From the NCBI GenBank assembly GCA_020631075.1, contig JAHDHX010000006.1, forward strand, positions 42,243 to 106,242: 64,000 nucleotides of DNA. Reading direction: 5' to 3'. Positions 1 to 8,683 of this stretch are shown one piece after another. The DNA comes from Candidatus Altimarinota bacterium (lineage in GTDB: Bacteria; Patescibacteriota; Gracilibacteria; UBA4473). The translations under genes and the position numbers were made by a program. The notes beneath the pieces are model-generated. The model was not told the DNA's origin. It saw nothing but the letters and a program-made list of their open reading frames with translations, and ran no database searches. How positions within the stretch are numbered: position 1 is the first letter of the stretch; each line of letters starts with the position of its first letter.

Positions 1-222
1 TTCCAAGCGCTTCACCCCATCATCCAAACCCGCTGGCTCCGCCAGTGTGCCGCGCCCAACACCCCCAGCCAGAGTGAGAGCGCCGACACCATTCGCTGGC
101 TGACTGACCAACCACAAGGCAACAGCCACAAACCTTTTGGTGGTGGTCAGCTTCAGCTTTCAAGAGGTCTTATTCACTATCAAGATATTGGTGACAAAGC
201 TAACAAATCTACAAATATTTGA
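1..222 (+). CDS. 3' end of an unidentified CDS entering from upstream of the window (partial)
   Basis: Frame 1 is open from base 1 to TGA at 220-222. Third codon positions in 1-136 are strongly C-biased, as in other + strand genes here. No motif recognised. Confidence 0.3.
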   Translation, partial: FQALHPIIQTRWLRQCAAPNTPSQSESADTIRWLTDQPQGNSHKPFGGGQLQLSRGLIHYQDIGDKANKSTNI

Positions 223-863
223 TCAAGAGACCAAAAACGTAACTGCGGGTTTTGTTGCTCAAGAGGTTTTTGCAAATTACCAAAATGCGTACACCCTAAA
301 ACAACATTCTGAACACCCTGACAAACAAAGCCGCGTACAACTTCATTTATTCCTACTTCTTGTAATAATTCATGCGGATCTCGACGTTGCTCGATGCCGT
401 CAACTAAGGGATACCACCCCACAGAAACAAATGATTTTTGTGGCAAATACGGACACAAAAATCGTTCCACCCCCGCAGCGCCATTCGCATTAAAAGCTAC
501 AATCCCGATTGTCCCCTCCCCTTCGGCCAACCGAAGTGATAACTGTTTATACACGTCCATCACAGTCAACAGCTCAACATCACTTTCCATTTTCAAATAC
601 TTTAATTCAAGAGCCGACGCCAAACTATTACAGAAAATAATACCTCTTTTAATTCCTTGCACTTTGGCCGATGCAATCGCCTTCAACACACGATGAAACA
701 GCTCTGTTGTGTTAGTGTTTTGTAAATGATTTTGCTCAGCCAGCGTCTGCGCTATAGGGTACCCTACAGCTACGTAACCTTTCTGCTGGAGTAGTTCAAC
801 CCCAATACTTGTGTCAACAGGCGTTCCTGCCAACACCGCTATAGCTTCTCTTTGCTTTTTCAT
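180..863 (-). CDS. Asp/Glu/hydantoin racemase superfamily protein
   Basis: 227-aa ORF with two Cys motifs of the racemase fold (IIFCNSLASA and VVLGCTHFGNL, compare ACNTA and LGCTHYP in MurI-type enzymes). ATGA overlap with the upstream ORF. AT-rich relative to the window. Confidence 0.6.
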   Translation of the reverse strand: MKKQREAIAVLAGTPVDTSIGVELLQQKGYVAVGYPIAQTLAEQNHLQNTNTTELFHRVLKAIASAKVQGIKRGIIFCNSLASALELKYLKMESDVELLTVMDVYKQLSLRLAEGEGTIGIVAFNANGAAGVERFLCPYLPQKSFVSVGWYPLVDGIEQRRDPHELLQEVGINEVVRGFVCQGVQNVVLGCTHFGNLQKPLEQQNPQLRFWSLDQIFVDLLALSPIS

Positions 864-1756
864 GATGTGTATGGAGTAAGTAAAAATTCACCAGTTTCGA
901 GCACTTCTTCCAGCACCCCTCGACCAAAAGTATTCTCTATCGCGGCATACTCAGACGCTAACGCCTGCCAGACTTGCCCTGTCCGTTGTTGTAAAAACTT
1001 TCGATAATCTGGTAACGATTGAGTGGTAAAATTTTTAAACGTAAATCCAGCAGGCAAACTGAATTCAGCTGATACTCGTGGTTGCCCTTTCCGCGGTCGC
1101 ACAGTCGTTTGACCATACGGCACACTTGTGTGTCGTGAAGTTTGAAAGACATATTGAGGATGGTTCATTTTTTGCCATTCAGGACCAAATATTTCTTTCA
1201 AAACTTCAGAATCCAGTGACGAACGCACTAAATCTCTCCAATAATTAAAAGACTCCTCTCGGTGCCCCCCCCATGAAGCTGTCGGCTGCATACCCGTCGG
1301 AGCAATATCCGCAAAAAGCAAGGCGTGACCCACCGCATAACGCACCCCTTCCTCAACGGTGGATTTATTTTTTTCAATATATGTCTGTATCTCCGCCACC
1401 CCCTTTTCATACCCAGTTGGATTTTGTGACTCTATCTGTCCTACGACGGCCAACAATTTGTCTTTAATCTCAGGCACCACTGGCTGCTCGTCAAACAGCA
1501 CTTTAGGTGATAATTCTAGATCTGCCACAGCAAACACCCTTTGCACAAACCGAATCTTTTGTGCAGTAATTTTCTGCTCTTGGGGGTCTGGCTGCAAAAA
1601 TCCTGAACTTAACAAGTGAATTTCTTCCAACGGTTGTCCAGCTTGCTGATAAGCATTGATTAAAGAAGTAAAATAACTCATAATCCTCGGTGTGAGGGGA
1701 GCAGCATTAGCACCAATTCCCACGTTCACCCGTGGCGTGTATTCCAAATCTTTCAT
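860..1756 (-). CDS. hypothetical protein (298 aa), co-transcribed with the racemase-like gene
   Basis: Long ORF in an AT-rich segment, where random ORFs are unlikely. Its stop overlaps the start of 180..863 (ATGA). No domain recognised. Confidence 0.6.
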   Translation of the reverse strand: MKDLEYTPRVNVGIGANAAPLTPRIMSYFTSLINAYQQAGQPLEEIHLLSSGFLQPDPQEQKITAQKIRFVQRVFAVADLELSPKVLFDEQPVVPEIKDKLLAVVGQIESQNPTGYEKGVAEIQTYIEKNKSTVEEGVRYAVGHALLFADIAPTGMQPTASWGGHREESFNYWRDLVRSSLDSEVLKEIFGPEWQKMNHPQYVFQTSRHTSVPYGQTTVRPRKGQPRVSAEFSLPAGFTFKNFTTQSLPDYRKFLQQRTGQVWQALASEYAAIENTFGRGVLEEVLETGEFLLTPYTS

Positions 1757-1996
1757 AGCATTTGAAAGTAAGTAAATAAGGAAATTATTACCAATTAAAA
1801 CGCTTCAACCTGTCTAATTGGGAATAATATATAAGCTCTGTAGGCCTAACTCTCCTCACATTTAAAATAAGTTCTCAAAAAATGAAGAGCATGAAAAACT
1901 TTCTACAAAATATGTAATCAAAAAATCACGGAAAATGTCCTTCAACTAAATTCCTCCAAGCGTGCAAACGAATAAGCATAAGAATGAACATAAATT

Positions 1997-2025
1997 AAAA
2001 AACGCCTTTCTTGAGCAGAAAAGCG
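1997..2025 (-). terminator. putative intrinsic terminator read on the - strand
   Basis: Hairpin CGCCTTTCT-tgagc-AGAAAAGCG, preceded on the + strand by A6, which is T6 after the stem on the - strand. Lies about 200 nt downstream of the aroA-NUDIX stop. Confidence 0.4.
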
Positions 2026-2228
2026 CTGAGTAGCAAAGACAATGGACTAAAAAATGATCACCAGAAAATTTTAACAGGTGTGCCTTCACTCAGCGAGTGA
2101 AGACAACAGCATGATCTTGATTCATAAGAAACAAAAATGGACATAAAATAAACTATAAAATTCTCAATTAAGCAGTGAAACATTAATTCAAAAACCAACC
2201 TTCTTTCTACTCAGGGAACACCTATCTG

Positions 2229-3926
2229 TCAAATTATATTCACCCACCAGCGCACCACCTCCCAGTAATCCCCCTCCACCAGCGCTTCTATTTCCGCCCC
2301 CCTGCACCATCGCGCCTCGACTATTTCCGCGCCATCCACCACGGGTTCTCCGCTTTTCCAATCCATGGCATAAAATTCCACCGCCGCCCCCACCGTGCCC
2401 GCGTCATGCCGCGTGAAATTTGAGGGAAACAAGTAACGATATTTCCCCAAGCAAACAGGATTTATCTCCCCTTGCAGCGCCACTCCACACTCTTCGTTGA
2501 GCTCACGCACGGCGGCTTGTGGCCCAGTTTCCCCATCATCGACACCCCCCTGCGGCAACTGCCACGCGTGTGATTGCCGCGGCTTACGCACCAGCAGATA
2601 CTCCCGTTCAGCACTCCCCTGCCTCGGTCGCCCCAACACCACGCCCGCCACTCGCCGCAGGCCCCCCTGCCACTCAGCCAGATCCGTCCAAAACCCTGGC
2701 CAAGATTTTGCCGTACTCTCGGGGTCTGTCACCGTCACGTCCCAGCCTTCCGCCGCCCGCAGGCACCCCCATATCATCGCTATCCGATGATCATCATACG
2801 AGTTTAGCTGCTCACCCTTCACCGCCGACAGCCCCCCCTGCCCGTCTATTTCCACCCAATCTGGCCCCGTGGTCACCCTCGCCCCCAGTGTGGTCAGACC
2901 CTCCTCCATGGCTGCGATTCGGTCACATTCCTTGTGTCGCAGCGTGCTCAGCCCTGTCACACGGGTCACCCCCGTGGTGTAGGCCAACATCGCCATCACC
3001 GTCATCGCCATGTCCGGCGCCGCTACCATGTCTATCACCCCCAGTGGCTGCGGAGCCCCCGCCCAAAGCACAGCCACCGCCGCTGGCTCACGCTGCACTT
3101 CCGCCCCCATCTTTTGCACTATTTCGAGGATAATTTCATCCCCCTGCAACGTCGGCTCACTCCAGTGCTCTATCTGCACAGACTCCCCCGACACCAGCCC
3201 CCACAGCAAAGGAAACCCCACCGCACTGCAATCCAGCCCACAGCGCACCGTTGTCGGCCCATCCTTGCGACGACCACCGACCGTGAAGCGAAGCCCACTG
3301 GCATCCATTTCCACGCTATATCCTGCCTGGGCCAGCACCCCCAGCGTCATATCTCGGTATGGTTGAGACACCAACGGCGGCTCCACCACGACCTCAGTTT
3401 TGATTTCCCGCTGGGCCAGCGTCAGCAGTAACCCCGTCAAAAACTGCGAGCTCGCCCCCCCACGGACGTTTATCTCTGACGAGATCTTCACCCCTTCACC
3501 ATGCGTCAGCCGCACTGGCAAGTGCCCAGCCTCACCAAGGTACTCTACCCCCACCCCACAGCGCTCCAGCACCGTGAAGATATCCCGCATCGGGCGCTCA
3601 CACATCCGCGCATTGCCAGTAAGTGTCCACGACCCCCGCACCAGCAGCGCCGCACACGCCAGCAGCCGCGCCACCGTCCCCCCATTCCCGACATACACTT
3701 CCGTGTTCGGCTTCGCGCACAATCCGCCCACTGGCGGGCGCACCTGCCAGTCACGCGGGCCGACTTGTGTGTACTCCACCCCAAATTTCGCCAACCCCAA
3801 ACGCATATAGCGCGTGTCATCACAGTCCGACACGTTGCGCAGGGTTATTGCTCGTTCCCCTATCCCCGCCAGATACACCCAACGGTTACTCAGCGACTTC
3901 GAGCTCGGCACAGTTATTTTTTTCAT
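2229..3926 (-). CDS. aroA: EPSP synthase (3-phosphoshikimate 1-carboxyvinyltransferase) fused to a C-terminal NUDIX hydrolase domain
   Basis: Track ORF 2229..4124 trimmed to ATG 3926 (MKKITVPSSKSLSNRW, a canonical EPSP synthase N-terminus). C-terminal EPSP motifs DDHRIAMIWG and KSWPGFW are present. The last ~140 aa carry a NUDIX box, GGVDDGETGPQAAVRELNEECGV. Confidence 0.8.
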   Translation of the reverse strand: MKKITVPSSKSLSNRWVYLAGIGERAITLRNVSDCDDTRYMRLGLAKFGVEYTQVGPRDWQVRPPVGGLCAKPNTEVYVGNGGTVARLLACAALLVRGSWTLTGNARMCERPMRDIFTVLERCGVGVEYLGEAGHLPVRLTHGEGVKISSEINVRGGASSQFLTGLLLTLAQREIKTEVVVEPPLVSQPYRDMTLGVLAQAGYSVEMDASGLRFTVGGRRKDGPTTVRCGLDCSAVGFPLLWGLVSGESVQIEHWSEPTLQGDEIILEIVQKMGAEVQREPAAVAVLWAGAPQPLGVIDMVAAPDMAMTVMAMLAYTTGVTRVTGLSTLRHKECDRIAAMEEGLTTLGARVTTGPDWVEIDGQGGLSAVKGEQLNSYDDHRIAMIWGCLRAAEGWDVTVTDPESTAKSWPGFWTDLAEWQGGLRRVAGVVLGRPRQGSAEREYLLVRKPRQSHAWQLPQGGVDDGETGPQAAVRELNEECGVALQGEINPVCLGKYRYLFPSNFTRHDAGTVGAAVEFYAMDWKSGEPVVDGAEIVEARWCRGAEIEALVEGDYWEVVRWWVNII

Positions 3927-4043
3927 CACCCACAGCCTAAAACTCTCCCGCCACAGCGCCACCCTATTACAGCACTTCCAGCAATCCTCCCTTGCCCTCT
4001 GGGCACCACTCTCTATATTCAGGCCCCTTTTTCCTTCCCTCTC

Positions 4044-4352
4044 ATGGATTTCCAACAAGTCGGCAAACTCTACAAACTCCAAAAAGAAGCCAAGAAAATC
4101 AAAAAAGAACTGGCCAAAACCCACATCTTCGCCAAAGAAAACGGCGTTAAAGTCACCGTCTCGGGCGAGATGGAAATTCTAAACGTCGAATTCTACGAAA
4201 CAGACATATTAGGCGACCAGTCTGCTCTCGCCGAAGCCTTCAAACTAGCCTCCAACCGCGCCTTCAAAAAGGCCCAAGAAGTGGCCGCTCAGCAAATGAA
4301 AAGCATCATGGGGGATATGCAAGGCCTGATGGGTGGTGACGCTCCAGCTTAG
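4044..4352 (+). CDS. ybaB: YbaB/EbfC family nucleoid-associated DNA-binding protein
   Basis: 102 aa beginning at the internal ATG of track ORF 3501..4352 (MDFQQVGKLYKLQKEAKKIKKEL...VTVSGEMEILNVEF). The upstream part of that ORF is antisense to aroA. Confidence 0.85.
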   Translation: MDFQQVGKLYKLQKEAKKIKKELAKTHIFAKENGVKVTVSGEMEILNVEFYETDILGDQSALAEAFKLASNRAFKKAQEVAAQQMKSIMGDMQGLMGGDAPA

Positions 4353-4382
4353 TCCCAAAGCTTATCTGAAATTTCTCTGAAA

Positions 4383-4411
4383 ACTGCCTGCACAGCTGGG
4401 CAGTTTTTTTT
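4383..4411 (+). terminator. intrinsic terminator after ybaB
   Basis: Stem ACTGCC/GGCAGT with a ~10-nt loop, followed by a T9 run. Confidence 0.6.
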
Positions 4412-4553
4412 ATGATCAGAAACGACACCCTTCCTTCACTTCCCCCCCCTCCACATAGCCCGCTCACCCTATGGTCAACGCTCAGTCGGTCGTCGCCCCA
4501 ACGGGGGCGGAGGCCGACAACGCGCCCGCAGCACTAGTTTTAGCAACTCATGG

Positions 4554-5540
4554 CTGACCCGACTCAAACAACTGACTCTCGCTGGGGTCATCATCTGTCT
4601 GCTCGTCGGGGGGTATTGGTACCAGCGGCTTTCGACCGCCTGGGCCACCCCCCACAGCCAGTCCGACCAGCGCGTTTCCCTCACCATCGAGCCAGGCACC
4701 AGCGTCACTGGCATCGCCCAGCAGCTGGAAGCCAAAGACCTCCTCACCGACCCGTTCGCCTTCCGCCTCTTCGTTCGCTACCACGACTTAACGGCATCTC
4801 TGCAAGCAGGTGACTACGTCTTCACCCGCGACATGACCTACCGCGACCTGACAGACACCCTATCGGTCGGCCGCTCGACAGAGGTCCGCATCACCATCCC
4901 CGAGGGGGCCACCATCGCCGATATTGACGCCATCCTCACCCGCCAAGGGTTAATAGAAGGCGGTGAGTTTCGCCGCTGCACCGTCAACTGTGACTTCGAC
5001 CTCCCCTACGACTCCCTCGAAGGCTTCCTCTACCCTTCCACCTACTACGAAAACCCCGACAAATTCACCGTCCGCGACTTCATCACCCGCTTGCACAACA
5101 CCCTCAAAACCCAGATCAAACCCCTGCAAGACGAAATCGACCAGAGCGAGCGCACCTTTGAGCAGATCATGATCGTTGCCTCGATGGTCGAGCGCGAAGC
5201 CAACCTCATCGAAGAAATGCCAATCATCGCAGAGATCATCTGGAAACGGCTCGACGAAAGTATCATCCTCGGCATTGACGCCACCACCCGCTACGACCTC
5301 GGCGACTGGAAGCGCCCCCTCACCACCGCTGACTTTCAGGTCGATTCCCCCTACAACACCCGCAACCGCCTCGGCCTGCCCCCCACCGCCATCAGTAATC
5401 CCAGCCTCGACGCCATCACCGCCGCCGTCCGCCCCGCCACCACCGACTACTACTACTACCTCCACGACCCGAGAGGCCAGATCCACTACGGCCAGACCCT
5501 CGCCGACCACCAGGCCAACAAACGGAAGTATTTACAGTAA
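4554..5540 (+). CDS. mltG: endolytic murein transglycosylase MltG/YceG family (start codon uncertain)
   Basis: 4833..5540 carries YceG hallmarks (VRITIPEGATIADI, YNTRNRLGLPPTAISNP, YYYYLHD). The same frame stays open back to 4416 and encodes the expected TM helix (LTLAGVIICLLVGGYWY). It contains no in-frame ATG/GTG/TTG, so the start is set provisionally at CTG 4554. Confidence 0.7.
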   Translation: MTRLKQLTLAGVIICLLVGGYWYQRLSTAWATPHSQSDQRVSLTIEPGTSVTGIAQQLEAKDLLTDPFAFRLFVRYHDLTASLQAGDYVFTRDMTYRDLTDTLSVGRSTEVRITIPEGATIADIDAILTRQGLIEGGEFRRCTVNCDFDLPYDSLEGFLYPSTYYENPDKFTVRDFITRLHNTLKTQIKPLQDEIDQSERTFEQIMIVASMVEREANLIEEMPIIAEIIWKRLDESIILGIDATTRYDLGDWKRPLTTADFQVDSPYNTRNRLGLPPTAISNPSLDAITAAVRPATTDYYYYLHDPRGQIHYGQTLADHQANKRKYLQ

Positions 5541-5547
5541 ATCATTA

Positions 5548-6363
5548 CTAAACAGCCGAAAACGTCGGCACCACCTCCACCCCGTCAGCGTCCAGCACTA
5601 CGCCCGTTTCTCGGTCTCTGGTGTATGCCCGCTCAGCCTCCGTGCCGTCCACGACCTGCTGCACGGCGGTCTGCACCGCGGCTAATTCCGTCAGCATCAC
5701 CTCCAGCACCTCCCCCAGCTCTACGTCTTCAGGCAGCATCCCCTGCAGTCGCTCAACCATCTGCTGGTCGCGGGCCAGGTCAGGCAGCCGTCGCTGCATC
5801 CACCGTAAAAATTTCTTCGCCCGCCGCCGCTCACGCCAGCCGGCATCTGTCAGTTTCAGCGCCTCCCACTTCGCCCCCTCCACTTTTTCCAGCAACTGAC
5901 TCACTTGGTTGCCATACCCCGCGACCAGTTCCGTCGCCTTGCTCAGCCCCGTCACCCCCATTTCCGTCACTCGCGCCATCGGGGTACGGTTCGCCATGTC
6001 CACCCCCTTTATCACCGCGCCCTTTTTCCGCGTCAACCACCGCGCCAGCCGCCCCAGCACGCTTTGACGGGTCACCCCCGCGCGCCACCCCACCACATTG
6101 CCTTCCTCCGCCATATCTTTGAGGAAAAACACCCCTTCCTTCGGGTCACCACCCAACTGCTCGGCCGTCCAGTCGACAAAGAACGCCAACTCAGCCGCTT
6201 CTTCCGTTTGTGCCTCCGCTTCTTTTGCTTCTGCTTCTTCCGCTGCCGCAGGTGCCCCTGTTGCTTCGGCTGCGGGCAGCGCTTCATCGCTGACTATTTC
6301 TTCTGTCACTGGCGCCGTTTCACCAACCGTCATATGATGCACAAGAGAAAATATACTCCCCAC
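5548..6363 (-). CDS. hypothetical protein (271 aa, Ala/Glu-rich N-terminus)
   Basis: Long ORF with G-rich third positions, like other - strand genes. No domain recognised. Confidence 0.55.
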   Translation of the reverse strand: MGSIFSLVHHMTVGETAPVTEEIVSDEALPAAEATGAPAAAEEAEAKEAEAQTEEAAELAFFVDWTAEQLGGDPKEGVFFLKDMAEEGNVVGWRAGVTRQSVLGRLARWLTRKKGAVIKGVDMANRTPMARVTEMGVTGLSKATELVAGYGNQVSQLLEKVEGAKWEALKLTDAGWRERRRAKKFLRWMQRRLPDLARDQQMVERLQGMLPEDVELGEVLEVMLTELAAVQTAVQQVVDGTEAERAYTRDRETGVVLDADGVEVVPTFSAV

Positions 6364-6384
6364 TCAACATAATTATATTAAAAT

Positions 6385-7302
6385 ATGAATAAAAAAGAAA
6401 ATACAACTTTACTTATCGGCTCCTTCGGGGCGCAAAACCTCGGTGATGAGCTCATCCTCACCCAAGCCCTGCGTGACACCCCCGACGCCGTCGTCATGAC
6501 CGCCAACCCCCAGCACTCACAGACCTTCACCGAAACAACTTTCCCCACCGTCCCCCCCTTCCCCATGGGGCTACGCAGTGGGTTTTCGTGGCTTATGGGC
6601 GGGCTGCGCCCCCTCCCTGTCACTCAGTTCCCCATCCGCCAGATCATCTTCCCTGGCGGGGGGCTATTTGCCATCCACACCCGAGCCTACTTTCTCTGGT
6701 GGCTCACCCTGCGGTGGTGTCGCTGGGTCTTGCCGCAGGCCACTATCCACCTCCAGCACCAAGGCTTTGACCCACCCCCAAACCGTCTCTGCCAGTGGCT
6801 CCTGCGTGACGCACTCACCCTCGTCAGCACCGTCACCGTGCGTGACACCCCCTCCGCCCAAGTCGTACACAGCCACAGCTCCCACTCCCCCACCATAGTC
6901 GACGACCGTGTGCTCACCCCCCTCCCAGTGGCGCAGCACCCGCCACTCCCCCTCCCCGAGGTCATCTTCCTTTCCGCCGTTGCCCCCATCACAGACACTC
7001 TCTGGCACTCACTACAAGCCACCTTTCCTGGCGCCCAGTGGCACTTCATCGCCTTCACCCCTGCCGACGCGCTGCACTGCCCCCCTGGGGCCCAGCTGCA
7101 CCGCCCCACCACCCAGTCCGCCTTGCGCACGCTCTACGCCGTGGCGGACCTCGTCTTGGGCGAGCGCTACCACAGTTTCATTTTAGGGCTCAACGCCCTC
7201 GCTCCACATCAGGTGAAGCTCTACCGCCCCCCCTACAGTCATAAAGTCGCCCACCTGCGCGACCAGTTCCGACTCCAAACCTTGACTCTCACAATTGCGT
7301 AA
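6385..7302 (+). CDS. polysaccharide pyruvyl transferase family protein (CsaB/WcaK-like), weak call
   Basis: The N-terminal LLIGSFGAQNLGDELIL resembles the conserved G..G..N.GD..L start of pyruvyl transferases. 305 aa. Confidence 0.5.
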   Translation: MNKKENTTLLIGSFGAQNLGDELILTQALRDTPDAVVMTANPQHSQTFTETTFPTVPPFPMGLRSGFSWLMGGLRPLPVTQFPIRQIIFPGGGLFAIHTRAYFLWWLTLRWCRWVLPQATIHLQHQGFDPPPNRLCQWLLRDALTLVSTVTVRDTPSAQVVHSHSSHSPTIVDDRVLTPLPVAQHPPLPLPEVIFLSAVAPITDTLWHSLQATFPGAQWHFIAFTPADALHCPPGAQLHRPTTQSALRTLYAVADLVLGERYHSFILGLNALAPHQVKLYRPPYSHKVAHLRDQFRLQTLTLTIA

Positions 7303-7813
7303 AAATATCCCGCTCCTCGTTGAGCCGCTCAAATTCCCCCTTCGACAAATTTTTCACCACGTTGTCATAGTGAAAGCACTGCCCATTCATGACGATGTAC
7401 ACCCCCGCAGGCAACATCTGCACAAAGGACAACGCACACCCCATATTAAAAAACCCATCCGAAGACGTCCCAAACACGAACGGAATCATCGCCCCAGTAA
7501 AGATCACCGTTTTGTTTTCCACCAGCGGCGCGACAAACTTCGCCATGTCGACCATGCGGTCTGTCCCGTGGGTGACTATCACACGGTCATAGCGTGACCC
7601 GACTATGTGGTCCGCAATGTTTTGTCGGTGGGTGTCAGTCATGTCGAGGCTATCCATCAACAAGATTTTTTTCACCTCTACGTCCAGCGTGCAGCGACTG
7701 GTTTTGATCATCTCGGGCAGATGCGTGTCACGGAAAAACAAATTTCCGTGCAACTCATCATACTCCTTGTCGAATGTCCCCCCCGTAGCCAATATTTGAA
7801 TCTTTGGGATCAT
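7289..7813 (-). CDS. single-domain L-asparaginase/glutaminase-type protein
   Basis: Trimmed to ATG 7813 (MIPKIQILATGGTFDKEY). Has the ATGGT catalytic-Thr motif and the VTHGTDRM motif. About 174 aa, so only the N-terminal asparaginase domain. Confidence 0.65.
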   Translation of the reverse strand: MIPKIQILATGGTFDKEYDELHGNLFFRDTHLPEMIKTSRCTLDVEVKKILLMDSLDMTDTHRQNIADHIVGSRYDRVIVTHGTDRMVDMAKFVAPLVENKTVIFTGAMIPFVFGTSSDGFFNMGCALSFVQMLPAGVYIVMNGQCFHYDNVVKNLSKGEFERLNEERDIFTQL

Positions 7814-7976
7814 GCTGAAACGTGAAATTTTCAAAATTATGAATGATACGCCTCCATTTTCACACACCCGCCCCCAAACCAAAAATCAAAACCAAGCAAT
7901 CTGTCCTCACCATTTTTTTGCCCACACAGCCTGAGCCCACTACCATGGCCTTCGTTAATCCATCTCCCTCTATTTA

Positions 7977-8429
7977 ATGCGCTTCCTGCCCCTGCTCCTC
8001 GTCACCATCACACTGCTGTTTGCCTGCAGTGCCCCGTCTGGCTCAACCACTCAAACCCAAACGCCCCCCCCTCAGCCCATCATCAGCACCCAGCACGGCT
8101 ACGTTGACACCTTCACTCCTGAAAAATTAGCCGAACTGCAAGCCAGCACGCAGCCCTTCGTCGTCTTTGTCAGTGCCGACTGGTGCCCAGGCTGCGTGAA
8201 GCTCGTCCAAGAGCTCTACGCCCAGCAGGACCTCATCCCCGCCCAGACGGCTGTCCTCGTGGCCGACTTTGACACCCACACCACCTTTAAGGAGCAACAC
8301 GACGTCACCGTCAAACACACCGCCGTGTACTTTGACACTACTGGTACCGCTACCGAGGTCGTCACTGGCGTAGATCTCCAAGATCTTACCACTTACCTGC
8401 AAAGTGCGCGTGCAGAAAACAACGCATAA
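7977..8429 (+). CDS. thioredoxin-fold lipoprotein
   Basis: Signal peptide with lipobox LLFAC. CxxC motif SADWCPGCVKL. Confidence 0.75.
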   Translation: MRFLPLLLVTITLLFACSAPSGSTTQTQTPPPQPIISTQHGYVDTFTPEKLAELQASTQPFVVFVSADWCPGCVKLVQELYAQQDLIPAQTAVLVADFDTHTTFKEQHDVTVKHTAVYFDTTGTATEVVTGVDLQDLTTYLQSARAENNA

Positions 8430-8616
8430 GGAAACACTGATACAGTCTCGCTGATCATAAAAAGATAGATTTGGGGAAGATTTTTTACGACAGGTTCTCA
8501 CGGAGTCTCTCGACCCCGTGACGGTTCTGGAGTGAAAAAAGCAACCCAAAGATCCTTTTTTGATGGCGACTCTCTCTCAATTATTTTCACGTCCTTTTGA
8601 GTTTATCAGTGTTTCC
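8430..8616 (+). mobile_element. MITE-like imperfect-palindrome element, copy 1
   Basis: Terminal inverted repeats GGAAACACTGATA / TATCAGTGTTTCC. Central hairpin TCACGGAGTC-tctc-GACCCCGTGA. Flanked by TAA (the thioredoxin gene stop) and TTAA. About 14 differences versus copy 2 by hand alignment. Confidence 0.75.
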
Positions 8617-8683
8617 TTAAGCAAACCAAGCTCTCGCACCAAACCCCAAAATTCACTCGCCGCCTCTTTCGGGTTGGGCTACC

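Noticed and set aside
2497-4043. Cluster of long + strand ORFs (2519..3133, 2934..3431, 3400..3810, 3501..4043 and others) antisense to aroA-NUDIX.
   Set aside because: Their translations are Pro/Arg/His/Ser low-complexity. They overlap a well-conserved gene on the other strand. Stop-poor antisense frames are expected from the strong C>G skew.
8127-8549. 140-aa ORF, and the similar peptide in 35600..36055 (shared FHSRTVTGSRD.VRTCRKKSSPN), as a possible conserved small protein.
   Set aside because: The shared peptide is simply a translation of the repeated MITE-like element. It appears in opposite genomic orientations, and its flanks are antisense to real genes.
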